In this document: positions 23,037-34,289 of the stretch, piece after piece
Position numbering within the stretch: position 1 is the first letter of the stretch
Layout of the letters: each line of letters begins with the position of its first letter
Assembly: GCA_020184695.1 (NCBI GenBank)
Contig: JAANOX010000093.1
Span: 62,001 to 126,000 of the forward strand
Reading direction: 5' to 3'
DNA length: 64,000 nt
DNA from: Histomonas meleagridis 2922-C6/04-290x
Lineage: Eukaryota > Protista > Parabasalia
Made by a program: the position numbers and the translations under genes
Notes under the pieces: model-generated
What the model was told of the DNA's origin: nothing
What the model saw: only the letters and a program-made list of their open reading frames with translations
Database searches by the model: none

Positions 23037-24655
23037 ATGAAACCAAATGAACATTGCAACTGGGAAACACTTCGATCAATAAATCAAGCAATTTTTAGTT
23101 TGAATGAAGAAAATTTGTCTAAATCTTTAGGTTTAATAATCAACAAATTTGATGAAATCCATATTTTATCTTATGATTTAATGATTATTCAAATGATATA
23201 TTATTCCTTTGTAATTAAAAACAATGATGTAGATTTATTTTTTAATATTATAAAAGAAATAAGAACATTTGAAGAGAGTCATCAAATCAAATCTAATATA
23301 TTTGATATATTTGGTCGATTTCTTAACAATGAGCATACACATGAATCATATTATCTTCTTGAAACTATGATTGAACATAATTTTCTTGAACCAAACATTG
23401 TAAAAAACAAACAGGATGTTTATTTTGCACATTATATGTCTAAAGAAGAATTAGCAATTTTAAGGGAACATGATTTTGTCAATTATGAAGAACTTTCAAA
23501 GAATGATTGGGAATTACATAAGAAATTAATTAGAGAAGGACATAATGCAAATGAAATTGCAAAAATAATTCGAAATGATGAAATTGAAAAACTTCAAGAA
23601 ATAACATCACAAAATGATTTTGACTTTAATCAAGAAATTGAACTATCACTTTATGAAAGATGCTCATTCATTAATCGGTATAATGTTTTATTAATTGATT
23701 ATGCAGCATTTTTTTCTTCAGTAAAATGTTTTAAATATTTACTTATAAATGGTGCAAGTGTAGAAAATACAGGCAAATATGCTCTTGCAGGTGGAAATGA
23801 AGAAATTATTCATTTATGTGAACAAAATCATTCATCATTTCAAAATGCATATGAAACAACAATTAAGTTTCATCGAAATGATATCTTTAAATATTTTTAT
23901 GATAATAAAATTATTGAAATTAATAATTTAGAAGATATAGGAGAAAAATGGGTTTCATATTTTAATTATGAAATTTTTACATATCTAGAAAAAGAAGGAA
24001 TGAAAATTAATGAAAATATCATTAACAAAGCAGCAATAATTGGAAACATATTTCTTATTAAACATTTTCTTGAAAGTAATAAAATTCCTAAATATATATT
24101 GGTATTTTCAGCAGGATCAATAAATATTGAACTTGTTAAATATATTTAAATACAAGAAGGAATTGATATTAATGCTAAAGATATTTATTTTAATAATTTT
24201 ATGATATTTCAAAATAATATTTGGAAAATATTTAAATTATTTAATACTGCACTTATGTGTGCATTTTTTTTTTGGTCATACAGAAATAGTTAAATTACTT
24301 CTTGAACAAGAAGGAATTGATATTAATGCTAAAAATATTTATATGTTTTATTTGAAATTTATTTTAATAATTTTATATTTTTAAATAATATTTGGAAATT
24401 ATTTAAATTATTTGAAACAGCACTTATGAAAGCATCTGAAAGAGGTTATACAGAAATAGTTAAATTACTTCTTGAATAAGAAGGAATTGATGATAATACC
24501 AAAAATATTTATTTGTTTTGTTTTATGTTTATTTTAATAATTTAATGTTTCAAAATAATATTTGGAAATTATTTAATACAGCACTTATATGTGCATCTGA
24601 AAATGGACATATAGAAATAGTTAAATTACTTCTTTCATTTGAAGGACCACGGTGA
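23037..24655 (+). pseudogene. DUF3447-like + ankyrin gene with 17-nt interruptions, decaying
   Basis: Intact 370-aa N-terminal ORF, then in-frame TAA at 24147 and 24477, a T10 frameshift at 24264-24273, and clusters at 24183, 24337 and 24507. Truncated at about 24635. Confidence 0.8.
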
Positions 24656-24722
24656 AATTTCACTAATTTTGTTGTCATATTTGAGAGATATCGTTGCCAC
24701 ATTTGAATGATATACAATTTAA

Positions 24723-24795
24723 TTGACTAAGTTGGTTGCCATATTTCAGTAAATGATTATCGGCTTCATTCAAATATGGCAACAGACTTAGTCAA
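24723..24795. repeat. 24-bp inverted repeat / hairpin
   Basis: TTGACTAAGTTGGTTGCCATATTT (24723-24746) vs AAATATGGCAACAGACTTAGTCAA (24772-24795); 22/24 complementary. Confidence 0.85.
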
Positions 24796-25744
24796 ATACC
24801 GAACGATAAAATATCTCGGAAATTGTTTGGTTATTGTTTTGAAAATTAGCACTTTTGTATTTGTGATTTAACATTTTGCAAAAAAATAAAAAAAAAGTAT
24901 AGTCAAATTAATTTGAAAAACTAATGTTAAAGTTATTATTTAATGGTTATTAATATCAAATCATCGAAGGAAATTTATGGCTTCTTCTTCATTGTTATTA
25001 CTTATCATTCAAACTTGCTATCTCAAAAAAATTTAATCTTCCACTAAATTCTTTCAGAATTTTTGAAGTTTTATCTTTTCTTTTTGTTTTATAGTTAAAT
25101 TACTTTAATTAGTTTTATCTTTTTCTAATAGAAAAATAATTGCTTCATGAATATTATATTTTGAGAATTTTCATACGTCATTTTCATATTTTGACATTAA
25201 CACAAAAATGAATATATTCAATGATCATAAATTATACTAATGACAAAAGGAAAAAAAAAAAGCAACGAAAGATTTTTTTGGAGGTTGTATATCATTGACT
25301 CTAAACCAATTTACTTTCTTTTCATTAAAGTTTGAAACTACTTTATTCAATATTTTTTAAATCAATTTAAACGGAATGTTAGATTTACGTTATTTACATT
25401 ATGGTTTATGCTTCAAAACACTCATTTCAAAAATAGTTTTACAGTAAATAAACATTTTTAAATTTATTTTCATTTTTATTTATAGCATTAATTTTTTGTT
25501 TATATTGAACTCATTAATTTTCTTCATCATTTATAAATTGATTTGTTTCTTGATTTATTACTTTCGGTTTACTTTTTAAATTTGAATAAGTTATTTTACC
25601 ATTGGCACTTATTTTTTTATTGATCGATGATTAGTTCCATGTCAATAAAGTGTAAGCGTGAAAGTTATATTCTGTGATGTTTTTTAAGCCATATGTTGTT
25701 TGATATTTATCATTACAAAATATAAAAATATATAATATTGAAAA

Positions 25745-27616
25745 TTATATTTGTTCAATAAATTTTTCTTCTTGAAAATCTTCAGCAAATGGATCTTCTT
25801 CAATATTTATGTTACTTATTCCCGTAGTAAATGTATTTGTCGTTTCGTTTTCATTTTGTTCTGATTTATCATTTTCATAAATTTCTTCTTTTTTATTTCG
25901 AATATGTTTCAAAAATATAATTAATAATGTGATAATAGCTATTACTATAACAATTACACAAACAGAAATGATAATAATTTTCGTTTTATTATCGTTGTTT
26001 TGATTATCATTAACATTAGTGTAAAACATTGTAAAGAAATTGGAATAATAATTATAATAAGTCGAATAAATAACAATCGTATAATTGTAATAAATAAATT
26101 CTGTTTCAATATATGAAAATGTCGAATTGTTTATATATAATGAATATGTTTTCGTTTTTGTTTCATAAATAGTTAATGAATGTGTAATTGATAATGTAAT
26201 TGTTAATGTGTATGAAAATGAAAATGATAATGAAATATCACTTTGAAGTGATGCAGTAAATGTATTTGAATTAGAAAATGTATTCGATTGACTAAATGAA
26301 TATAATTCTGATAATGATATTGAATCTGACTGTGAATATGTATTTGATTGACTAAATGAATGCGTTGGAAGTGGTTCACATGTTCCTTCTGTGTTGTCTT
26401 TGGCAACATCTAAACTTCCAAATTTACTTCCGACGTATGTTGCATATGTGATAACACTTGTTGAAACATTAAAAAATGCACCTTCACTAATTTCTGGTTC
26501 TGAATCTCCATAATAATAAATGCATTGAAGATTATAACAATTACCAAATGCTGAACTTCCAATATTTTTTATTCCATATCCAAGTGTTAATAAAGTTAAA
26601 TTAGAACATAATGCAAATGCATAATTTCCAATTGTTGTAACTGAATTTGGAATTGTAATGTTTTTGATTGATGAACACATTGAAAATGCTGAACCACCAA
26701 TTTCTGTAACATTTTCTCCAATGATAATCGTAACTAATTTAGAACATGACGAAAATGCATAAATTCCAATAGATGATACTGAATTACCAAAATTAACTGA
26801 AACAACTGATGACCAATTTGAAAATGCATCACCTGGAATTGAATAAATATTTTCACTGATAATTATATATTTCACAATATTTTTATATTGAGAAATTTCA
26901 TTAAATTCATTTGAATATATGATTGTAAGTGTTAAATTATCTCCATTATATATTTGATAAGAACTCATGAAAAACATAACAAAAATTAAAATATTTTCAG
27001 TTTTTTTCTTTTCGTTTGCTTTCAATGTATATTTGGTCGTTAATATTTTCTGAACTGAAATTGTGTTTTTCTGATAGAATTTGATATGAATAACCGAAAA
27101 TATCATTGAAAAAACGATGGTTAAATGAGGTAAAACATTCAAAATGTTTGGTTTTTCTTCGTTGTAGTTTCGCATCATCAAAAAATGTGAAAATTCACGT
27201 TTTATAGGATATACATCTTCATAAGATTTGTTATATGTTTTATCAGATTTACCATTTTTGACAAATATATCAATTTCAAAGTATTTTCCCAAAATGTTTG
27301 AAAAATATGTTCTTGGAATTTTTTGTTTGTTATTAAAATTCTGATGTACAACTATTGTAGATTTACTGTATGATATCAAATTTAAAAATAATTTGTTTAT
27401 CAAAACTTTATAATTATTGTTAAATCTTTTAAATTTTTTGTTCATAATTTCATTAATTGATACATCTTCATCACATTTGTAAGTCATAGCTTTCTTGTTT
27501 TCGTGGTTTTGTATTTGTAATATTTCTTTTTGAATGATATAAGGTGTAATAAGCTTTGTATCGGTTACAAATCGTTTCATCATGATCAAAATGCTGAACA
27601 AAAGAAAGATCTTCAT
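25745..27616 (-). CDS. BspA-like (TpLRR) surface protein, copy 1
   Basis: TpLRR repeats (NSVTTIGNYAFALCSNL), S/T stalk, TM, tail EEDPFAEDF; about 210-aa N-terminal leader beginning with a signal peptide. Confidence 0.9.
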   Translation of the reverse strand: MKIFLLFSILIMMKRFVTDTKLITPYIIQKEILQIQNHENKKAMTYKCDEDVSINEIMNKKFKRFNNNYKVLINKLFLNLISYSKSTIVVHQNFNNKQKIPRTYFSNILGKYFEIDIFVKNGKSDKTYNKSYEDVYPIKREFSHFLMMRNYNEEKPNILNVLPHLTIVFSMIFSVIHIKFYQKNTISVQKILTTKYTLKANEKKKTENILIFVMFFMSSYQIYNGDNLTLTIIYSNEFNEISQYKNIVKYIIISENIYSIPGDAFSNWSSVVSVNFGNSVSSIGIYAFSSCSKLVTIIIGENVTEIGGSAFSMCSSIKNITIPNSVTTIGNYAFALCSNLTLLTLGYGIKNIGSSAFGNCYNLQCIYYYGDSEPEISEGAFFNVSTSVITYATYVGSKFGSLDVAKDNTEGTCEPLPTHSFSQSNTYSQSDSISLSELYSFSQSNTFSNSNTFTASLQSDISLSFSFSYTLTITLSITHSLTIYETKTKTYSLYINNSTFSYIETEFIYYNYTIVIYSTYYNYYSNFFTMFYTNVNDNQNNDNKTKIIIISVCVIVIVIAIITLLIIFLKHIRNKKEEIYENDKSEQNENETTNTFTTGISNINIEEDPFAEDFQEEKFIEQI

Positions 27617-29537
27617 GTTTCAGCTTGTAATATATCTATAGACCTTCACCAATTACACATCGGCTATCTCAAAAGTTTAAAATCTCACGGTTAAACTTTT
27701 AAAAACCTGTTGTTTTATTGTCGTTTTTCAAACCGATTTTGAGATATTTGAATCGATTTTTTAAGACGACAATCAAAGAAACAGCTTTATAACATTATAA
27801 ATACACTTTTAAATAACATAATGAATATATGTTATAGAACAGAATTTATGCTTTAATTTGGTGTGCCGTTCATTTATCAAAGATGTTTTTATCACATAAA
27901 ATTAATACTTTTTTAAAACATTGGCAATTCTGTTATTTCTTGCTATTATAGTTTATTATATATATATATATATAATAAACAAAATATAAAGAGCTCTTTA
28001 TGTACATAAATCAATTACATTGTATCTTTAATTTAAAAGATATTTTTTGATTTTGAGAATAATGAACTCAAGTAAAGTTTATCAAAATTCATTCAAAAGC
28101 TTTTGAACATTTAATGTATTGACAATCATGATTCAAAATTATTGATCGTTTGCAACAATGTTTACCTTATTATATTCAAAGTCAGTGAATATTATTCAAA
28201 CATCATAAAATCCAAAATTTCATATTTAAATAAACTAATTCAAAACATTTTAAAGTCAAAATGATATTATCGTTAATATGAATTTATTTTATTTTATATG
28301 ACAACACATAATTTTTGTATAAAAATTATATCAAAAAATGTTTATTATTACACATTTTATTCATAGCCAATTGTCTTCATCTTCTTTCGCAATATCTTCA
28401 ACTAAACTATTTACTTCTTCGATTTGCTTTGTACTTGACGTTGTCGTGTCCTTAAATTGTAACTTTGAAATCGATTTTTCTTTCTTATTATTACTTCTCA
28501 CTAAAAATATAACAATTCCAACAATGATCAAAACAAATGCAAATGATCCGCAAATAATTCCAATCAAAGCATTCGTCGTAATTCCTTTTGGTGAATTTTC
28601 ATTGGAAGTGTAAAACATTGTAAAGAAATTGGAATAATAATTATAATAAGTCGAATATATAACAATCGTATAATTGTAATAAATAAATTCTGTTTCAATA
28701 TATGAAAATGTCGAATTGTTTATATATAATGAATATGTTTTCGTTTTTGTTTCATAAATAGTTAATGAATGTGTAATTGATAATGTAATTGTTAATGTGT
28801 ATGAAAATGAAAATGAAAATGAAATATCACTTTGTAATGATGCAGTAAATGTATTTGATTGACTAAATGAATGCGTTGGAAGTGGTTCACATGTTCCTTC
28901 TGTGTTGTCTTTGGCAACATCTAAACTTCCAAATTTACTTCCGACGTATGTTGCATATGTGATAACACTTGTTGAAACATTAAAAAATGCACCTTCACTA
29001 ATTTCTGGTTCTGAATCTCCATAATAATAAATGCATTGAAGATTATAACAATTACCAAATGCTGAACTTCCAATATTTTTTATTCCATATCCAAGTGTTA
29101 ATAAAGTTAAATTAGAACATAATGCAAATGCATAATTTCCAATTGTTGTAACTGAATTTGGAATTGTAATGTTTTTGATTGATGAACACATTGAAAATGC
29201 TGAACCACCAATTTCTGTAACATTTTCTCCAATTATAATCGTAACTAATTTAGAACATGACGAAAATGCATAAATTCCAATAGATGATACTGAATTACCA
29301 AAATTAACTGAAACAACTGATGACCATTCTGAAAATGCATCACCTGGAATTGAATAAATATTTTCACTGATAATTATATATTTCACAATATTTTTATATT
29401 GAGAAATTTCATTAAATTCATTTGAATATATGATTGTAAGTGTTAAATTATCTCCATTATATATTTGATAAGAACTCATGAAAAACATAACAAAAATTAA
29501 AATATTTTCAGTTTTTTTCTTTTCGTTTGCTTTCAAT
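26028..29537 (-). repeat. near-identical duplicated segment: 26028-27026 and 28607-29537
   Basis: Identity runs from ATTGAAAGCAAACG to TTTTACACT with few substitutions and a stalk-repeat indel. Confidence 0.9.
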
Positions 29538-30034
29538 TTATTCATTAAAAATTTGATTTCATAAAATAAAAAAAATCCCAAAATAAAAAAGTTATACATT
29601 AGAACTTGAGCATTTTCATTGAATTTGAACATTTTCTTCATGAAATTATTATTCATTGAAATTGGTAAATGAGCTTTTAATGAAAAATGATTATATGTCA
29701 AAGAAAAGAATTTGAAATAATGTTTAACATATGACATCAGTAACTTTAATAAAGAGGAATGATGCTGATATTCTTCTGTGATATAATTAAATGTATTTGA
29801 TTCATTCGCTTTTAGCATAATATAATTTGTGACTTTAATGGATACACACTCTTTGTTATGGGATGAGAATGGTAAACATGTATGTCCTTTGGATTCTAAA
29901 GTGAAATAAGTGGAATGTTTGAGAGTTTGAGAAATAGATAATTGATCACTAGAAATCTTTGAACCTGAATTTTTTGGAGAGGTTTGTAATGAGCAAAAGA
30001 AACACATGGGTAAAGCCAAAAAGAAAGAACACAT
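28361..30034 (-). CDS. BspA-like (TpLRR) surface protein, copy 2
   Basis: Same LRR core as copy 1, with a different leader, TM and tail. Confidence 0.9.
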   Translation of the reverse strand: MCSFFLALPMCFFCSLQTSPKNSGSKISSDQLSISQTLKHSTYFTLESKGHTCLPFSSHNKECVSIKVTNYIMLKANESNTFNYITEEYQHHSSLLKLLMSYVKHYFKFFSLTYNHFSLKAHLPISMNNNFMKKMFKFNENAQVLMYNFFILGFFLFYEIKFLMNKLKANEKKKTENILIFVMFFMSSYQIYNGDNLTLTIIYSNEFNEISQYKNIVKYIIISENIYSIPGDAFSEWSSVVSVNFGNSVSSIGIYAFSSCSKLVTIIIGENVTEIGGSAFSMCSSIKNITIPNSVTTIGNYAFALCSNLTLLTLGYGIKNIGSSAFGNCYNLQCIYYYGDSEPEISEGAFFNVSTSVITYATYVGSKFGSLDVAKDNTEGTCEPLPTHSFSQSNTFTASLQSDISFSFSFSYTLTITLSITHSLTIYETKTKTYSLYINNSTFSYIETEFIYYNYTIVIYSTYYNYYSNFFTMFYTSNENSPKGITTNALIGIICGSFAFVLIIVGIVIFLVRSNNKKEKSISKLQFKDTTTSSTKQIEEVNSLVEDIAKEDEDNWL

Positions 30035-30644
30035 TTGCGATAAAACTTGAGAAACTTGCTAATAAATCAGTCAAAAACGATACAGAGAGTTTCAACCGGT
30101 TCGCGTTTTCGTCGGTTCATTGGTTTAACATTTGTTGATGCATGTTTTGTTGTTTTTGCGATCGGAAGCTGTTTACAAAGCTGAAAACGTAATATTTTTA
30201 TTGAAAAGTGACAGAAAGTCCCCTCATTTCAATTGCCAAAACAACAACAAAAAAAAAAAAAATGAAAGAAAGTGATATCGTTCGACTTATGAAAGAAAAA
30301 CGCTCAAAAAGTTTGCTTCGACACAATTACGTATTGAATTTTGGGGAGCTCCCCTAGTAAAACTCTAAACGGCTGCGTTTTTGTTTACCAACTGATTTAA
30401 CTTTCATGAACTAATAATTTGTCATCATTTTTGTACTGAATCAACCAAGAAATACATATAATCTCGGCTTCATTTCCGCTAACAATTTCACAATTCCAAG
30501 AATAAGCTTCGCGTTGTTCGGTGAGCAAACAAAAAGAAATTTTAAAAAAGAACTCATTGAGAATAAATAAAAATATTAAAACGTTAACAGAATACTTTAC
30601 TCAATAAATCATAGAAAAAGTAAAATGCAAAAGATGCAAATTGT

Positions 30645-31776
30645 TTAGAAGCACTTGCGGTGGACAATTCCTGGACCAGCTTCGTTGTATTCGTCACGTG
30701 TGATAACCATTTGTGGGAATGTGGCAAGGGAGGCGAGGATGGAGCCACCGATCCAAACTGCGTATTTACGTTCTGGTGGGGCGACGACTTTGATCTTCAT
30801 TGTTGGTGGTGCGAGGCGGACCATTTCCTTCTCCATACGTTCTGGGAGACCTTCGAACATTGTGGTACCACCAGAAAGAACAATGTTAGCGTAGAGATCC
30901 TTACGGACATCAATATCGCATGCCATGATGGAGTTGAAGAGGGTTTGGTCGATACCTTCGAATTCGAAACCATTGAAGTGTGGCTTGAAAAGAAGTTCTG
31001 GGCACCTGAAGCGCTCGTTGGCGATGGTGATGACGTTGCCATCTGGAAGTGTGTATGAGATGTCGCATTCGGATGTTGTGGCGGCCTTGTTCATTTCTTC
31101 GTCGAAATCAAGAGCAACATATGCGTGCTTCTCCTTGATATCACGAACAATTTCCTTTTCGGCGGATGTTGTGAAGGTGTAACCACGTTCGGTGAGGATC
31201 TTTTTGGAGGTAGGCTGTGAGATCACGACCGGCGAGGTTGATACGCATGATGGCGTGTGGAAGGGGAGTAGCCTTCGTACATTGGAACTGTGTGGAAACA
31301 CCATCACCTGCATCGAAAACGATACCGGTTGTACGACCTGATGAGTAAAGGGAAAGAACGGCTTGGATACCAACATAGAATGCTGGAACGTTGAATGTTT
31401 CGAATTGGAGTTGGATCATCTTTTCACGGTTGGCATTTGGGTTCATTGGGGCTTCTGTAAGAAGAACTGGATGTTCAGCTGGGTCAACACGTAATTCGTT
31501 GTAGAATGTGTGGTGCCAGATCTTTTCCATATCGTCCCAGTTGGTAACGATACCGTGTTCAATTGGGTACTTAAGGATAAGGATACCTGCCTTAGCACAT
31601 GCTTCATCACCAACATATGTATCCTTGTTTTGACCACCAGCGATTGTTTGGACATACTTTGGACGACCAACAATTGATGGGAAAACTGAGCGTGGTGCTT
31701 CATCACCAGCAAAACCAGCCTTGCACATACCGGAACCATTATCGATAACTAATGTTTGAACTTCGTCTTCAGCCAT
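30645..31776 (-). CDS. ACT: actin (three single-base homopolymer indels at about 31200-31300)
   Basis: [39 protein letters not shown] at the N-terminus and [12 protein letters not shown] at the C-terminus, split over two frames. Confidence 0.95.
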
Positions 31777-31784
31777 TAGATGAA

Positions 31785-31794
31785 AGTGAAGTGA
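31785..31794 (-). promoter_or_regulatory. trichomonad initiator (Inr) TCACT x2 upstream of actin
   Basis: Minus strand reads GTTAGT-TCACT-TCACT-TTCATCTAATG, matching the TCAY(T/A) consensus. Confidence 0.55.
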
Positions 31795-32033
31795 ACTAAC
31801 AAATGCACTTTTTCAATTGAATTTTTGGGACAAATCGAAAAGAATTCTTGAAGAATAGTGTCAACATATTTTCATTCAAATAAATGTGACAGGAAATTTG
31901 TCACAAAATTATAAGAAGATAAGGAACAAATTCCTTCCTAAAAATCTAATGTTTACTTTATCAAAACTTATTTGTTTTGATTTGAAAATGTTAATTAAGT
32001 GGAAGTTTTGATTTGTATCCAAAATATTAGACA

Positions 32034-32657
32034 ATGAAACATACCATCATAAAAATCACACCGATTATTATATCTTTAGCTTATTTTGTAGATAACATTT
32101 GGGCTTTGATTATTTCATTGATTTGGTTTTCGTCTAATCCAAAATATCAATATATTGAAATTTCAAATAATGGAAAATTTAACATAATCATTAAAGATTA
32201 TACAACTCATTCAATTATTCAAATAGGTTTCATTTCAACTGAGTTGTCTTTAGCAGTGATTACATTGATTTTATTCTTAGCTCAATCAAAATATTGTTTT
32301 ATGTTTTTTTATTGTATCACTTTTTTGGTTAGTATTGGTACTATTTCTATGCATGGGATTATTGTTCATATTACTTCCACACAAATTTGTTTTCGCAATT
32401 TTCAAAGTAAATTTCCTAATAATTGTTTTACTGCTCACGAAAATAATATAAGTATTTTACCGTTTTCTATTTTCATACATTTTTTTATGGCTCTTTATTT
32501 TTGGATCTTTGTTCATGCAGTATCCCAAGGAGATCAAGAGGCAACATCATCATCAAACGAAGAATATGTCGTGTACCCTAACAATGAAATCCAAATGGAT
32601 CATTATTATCAGCAACCTCTACATGATTATCAACCTGAAATCATTCTTTCTAAATAA
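32034..32657 (+). CDS. hypothetical multi-pass membrane protein (about 4 TM)
   Basis: 207 aa with four hydrophobic segments. Confidence 0.65.
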   Translation: MKHTIIKITPIIISLAYFVDNIWALIISLIWFSSNPKYQYIEISNNGKFNIIIKDYTTHSIIQIGFISTELSLAVITLILFLAQSKYCFMFFYCITFLVSIGTISMHGIIVHITSTQICFRNFQSKFPNNCFTAHENNISILPFSIFIHFFMALYFWIFVHAVSQGDQEATSSSNEEYVVYPNNEIQMDHYYQQPLHDYQPEIILSK

Positions 32658-32852
32658 ACAATTCAACTATAGCAATTTAATAAGTTGGTTTTAAAGCCAA
32701 AATTATAAATTTTGTTTTTGTATTTAAAATAATAATCAATTAATTGCTTATGAATGAGAATTTATTTATCAGATTTTCAATCAAAAAATTACGACCGGAA
32801 TAATTTTTTTCAATTGCAACAAATAATTCAATATAAATGTTTCTGTCGCCTA

Positions 32853-34184
32853 ATGGGGCAACTTTTTCCAAAATTTATTGTTGCTTCAATATTAATCTTA
32901 ACAACCAGTCTAATCTCACTATTAAAATTTACACCAGAAACAAATGACTATTTTAAAAAACTTTGGGGATTCCAAAATACATTTCAATCAAATTTTCATT
33001 ACAATTTGTCAGAAACAATTTTTATCAAAAGACTTCGTCAAAAGGCTTTACCTCAATATTACTCTTATTCCCAGGCTTGTCCAAATTCTGACATTATTAG
33101 ACCTTTTACTCATGAATGCAAGAATATCACAAGTTCTTTTGAAACATCTTTGTTTGCTATCTCTCCTCTCTCATTGCTTAACGGACAACTTAAAAACTTA
33201 AATTACCAGTCTCTTCTAGATTTCAATTTCAAAGGAGTTGAAATCGGTCGAATTGCAGAAAACGTAATTTCACCACTAATTAGCTCATATTTAGTTACTG
33301 GCAATTCCACATATTTAAAAATAGCAAGTTCCCTTGGTCATACACTTCTTAATTCTTTCACAGGACCAATACCAAATCCATTTTTTGGAATAAACAAAGG
33401 ACATTTTGGCTCAAGCGATGTCTATATTGAGGATGTTTCATCTATTTTCCCTATTTTTTCATCACTTTTCGACCTCACTAAAGACAAAGAATTTTACACA
33501 TCAGTTCTTTCTTTTGTTAACAAAATAAAATCTGGAATTAAAGATGGAAAACTTGCATCTAAATATTCACTTAATACTAACAAACCAATTTTTGAAGAAA
33601 AATATATTATTCCTTATAAAATTTTAAGTGATTTGTATAAAATATCACAAATTTTGCCAGGTTTAAATACAGATAAAATAATAGAATCTGTAGTACCTAC
33701 TACTATTATACAAGACCCATTAATTATCATCGATAATAAGGGAGCAAAAACATTTTCGATTGAAACGTGTTTACTTGCACCGATTTTAACTTCAAAATAT
33801 CATTTTTTGAATACATTACAAGAAAAGTGTCTGCAACTCATAAAAAATAATAAATTGCCCATTCGAATGAAAGGGACTAATGTAGATAGTGGTAATTTTG
33901 ATTTAATTTCAAGCTTTAGATTTGAAGGAGAAATTTTGGAGTTGATGTGGAAAATAGGTAAAACAAATGAATTAAAAAATTTTGTACTTAACTCTATTGA
34001 TAAATGTTCAAAAAATAATTTGGTGTCTGGAATGTATAACATAACACAAAATAAATTGGATAACATACTTCATCCACAGTTCTTTTCGAGATGGGTTTTG
34101 GATCCAATTTTAGTTGAATTGGGATATAAATATGACGATGTGGTGCTATCCGAAACAGGCAATTTGTTAAAAATTAAAAAATAA
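32853..34184 (+). CDS. divergent glycoside hydrolase family 47-like protein
   Basis: N-terminal anchor. ENVISPLISSYLVTGNSTYLKIASSLGHTLLNSF resembles the GH47 IRxxGGLLSAY…LEKAxxLGxxLLxAF segment. Confidence 0.5.
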   Translation: MGQLFPKFIVASILILTTSLISLLKFTPETNDYFKKLWGFQNTFQSNFHYNLSETIFIKRLRQKALPQYYSYSQACPNSDIIRPFTHECKNITSSFETSLFAISPLSLLNGQLKNLNYQSLLDFNFKGVEIGRIAENVISPLISSYLVTGNSTYLKIASSLGHTLLNSFTGPIPNPFFGINKGHFGSSDVYIEDVSSIFPIFSSLFDLTKDKEFYTSVLSFVNKIKSGIKDGKLASKYSLNTNKPIFEEKYIIPYKILSDLYKISQILPGLNTDKIIESVVPTTIIQDPLIIIDNKGAKTFSIETCLLAPILTSKYHFLNTLQEKCLQLIKNNKLPIRMKGTNVDSGNFDLISSFRFEGEILELMWKIGKTNELKNFVLNSIDKCSKNNLVSGMYNITQNKLDNILHPQFFSRWVLDPILVELGYKYDDVVLSETGNLLKIKK

Positions 34185-34289
34185 AATATGTATATAACTT
34201 AATTTTTTCCATGAAAAAAAAAATGTGTTATTTTGTTTCAAGTTTTTTACATGTGATTAAAATACACAAAGAGACAAAGATAGAATAAA

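Noticed and set aside
24147-24479. Stop-codon reassignment (in-frame TAA)
   Set aside because: It occurs only in a copy with other lesions. TAA is the normal terminator of most intact genes in the window.
30655-31182. Plus-strand ORFs antisense to actin, and similar short overlapping ORFs at fibrillarin, the histones, actinin and the I/LWEQ gene
   Set aside because: These are shadow ORFs caused by biased codon usage of real genes, with no independent motifs.
31195-31305. Programmed frameshifting or editing in actin
   Set aside because: The three lesions are 1-nt indels in C or A homopolymers (-C, +C, +A), typical of unpolished long-read error in a multicopy gene and unrelated to the 17-nt pattern.
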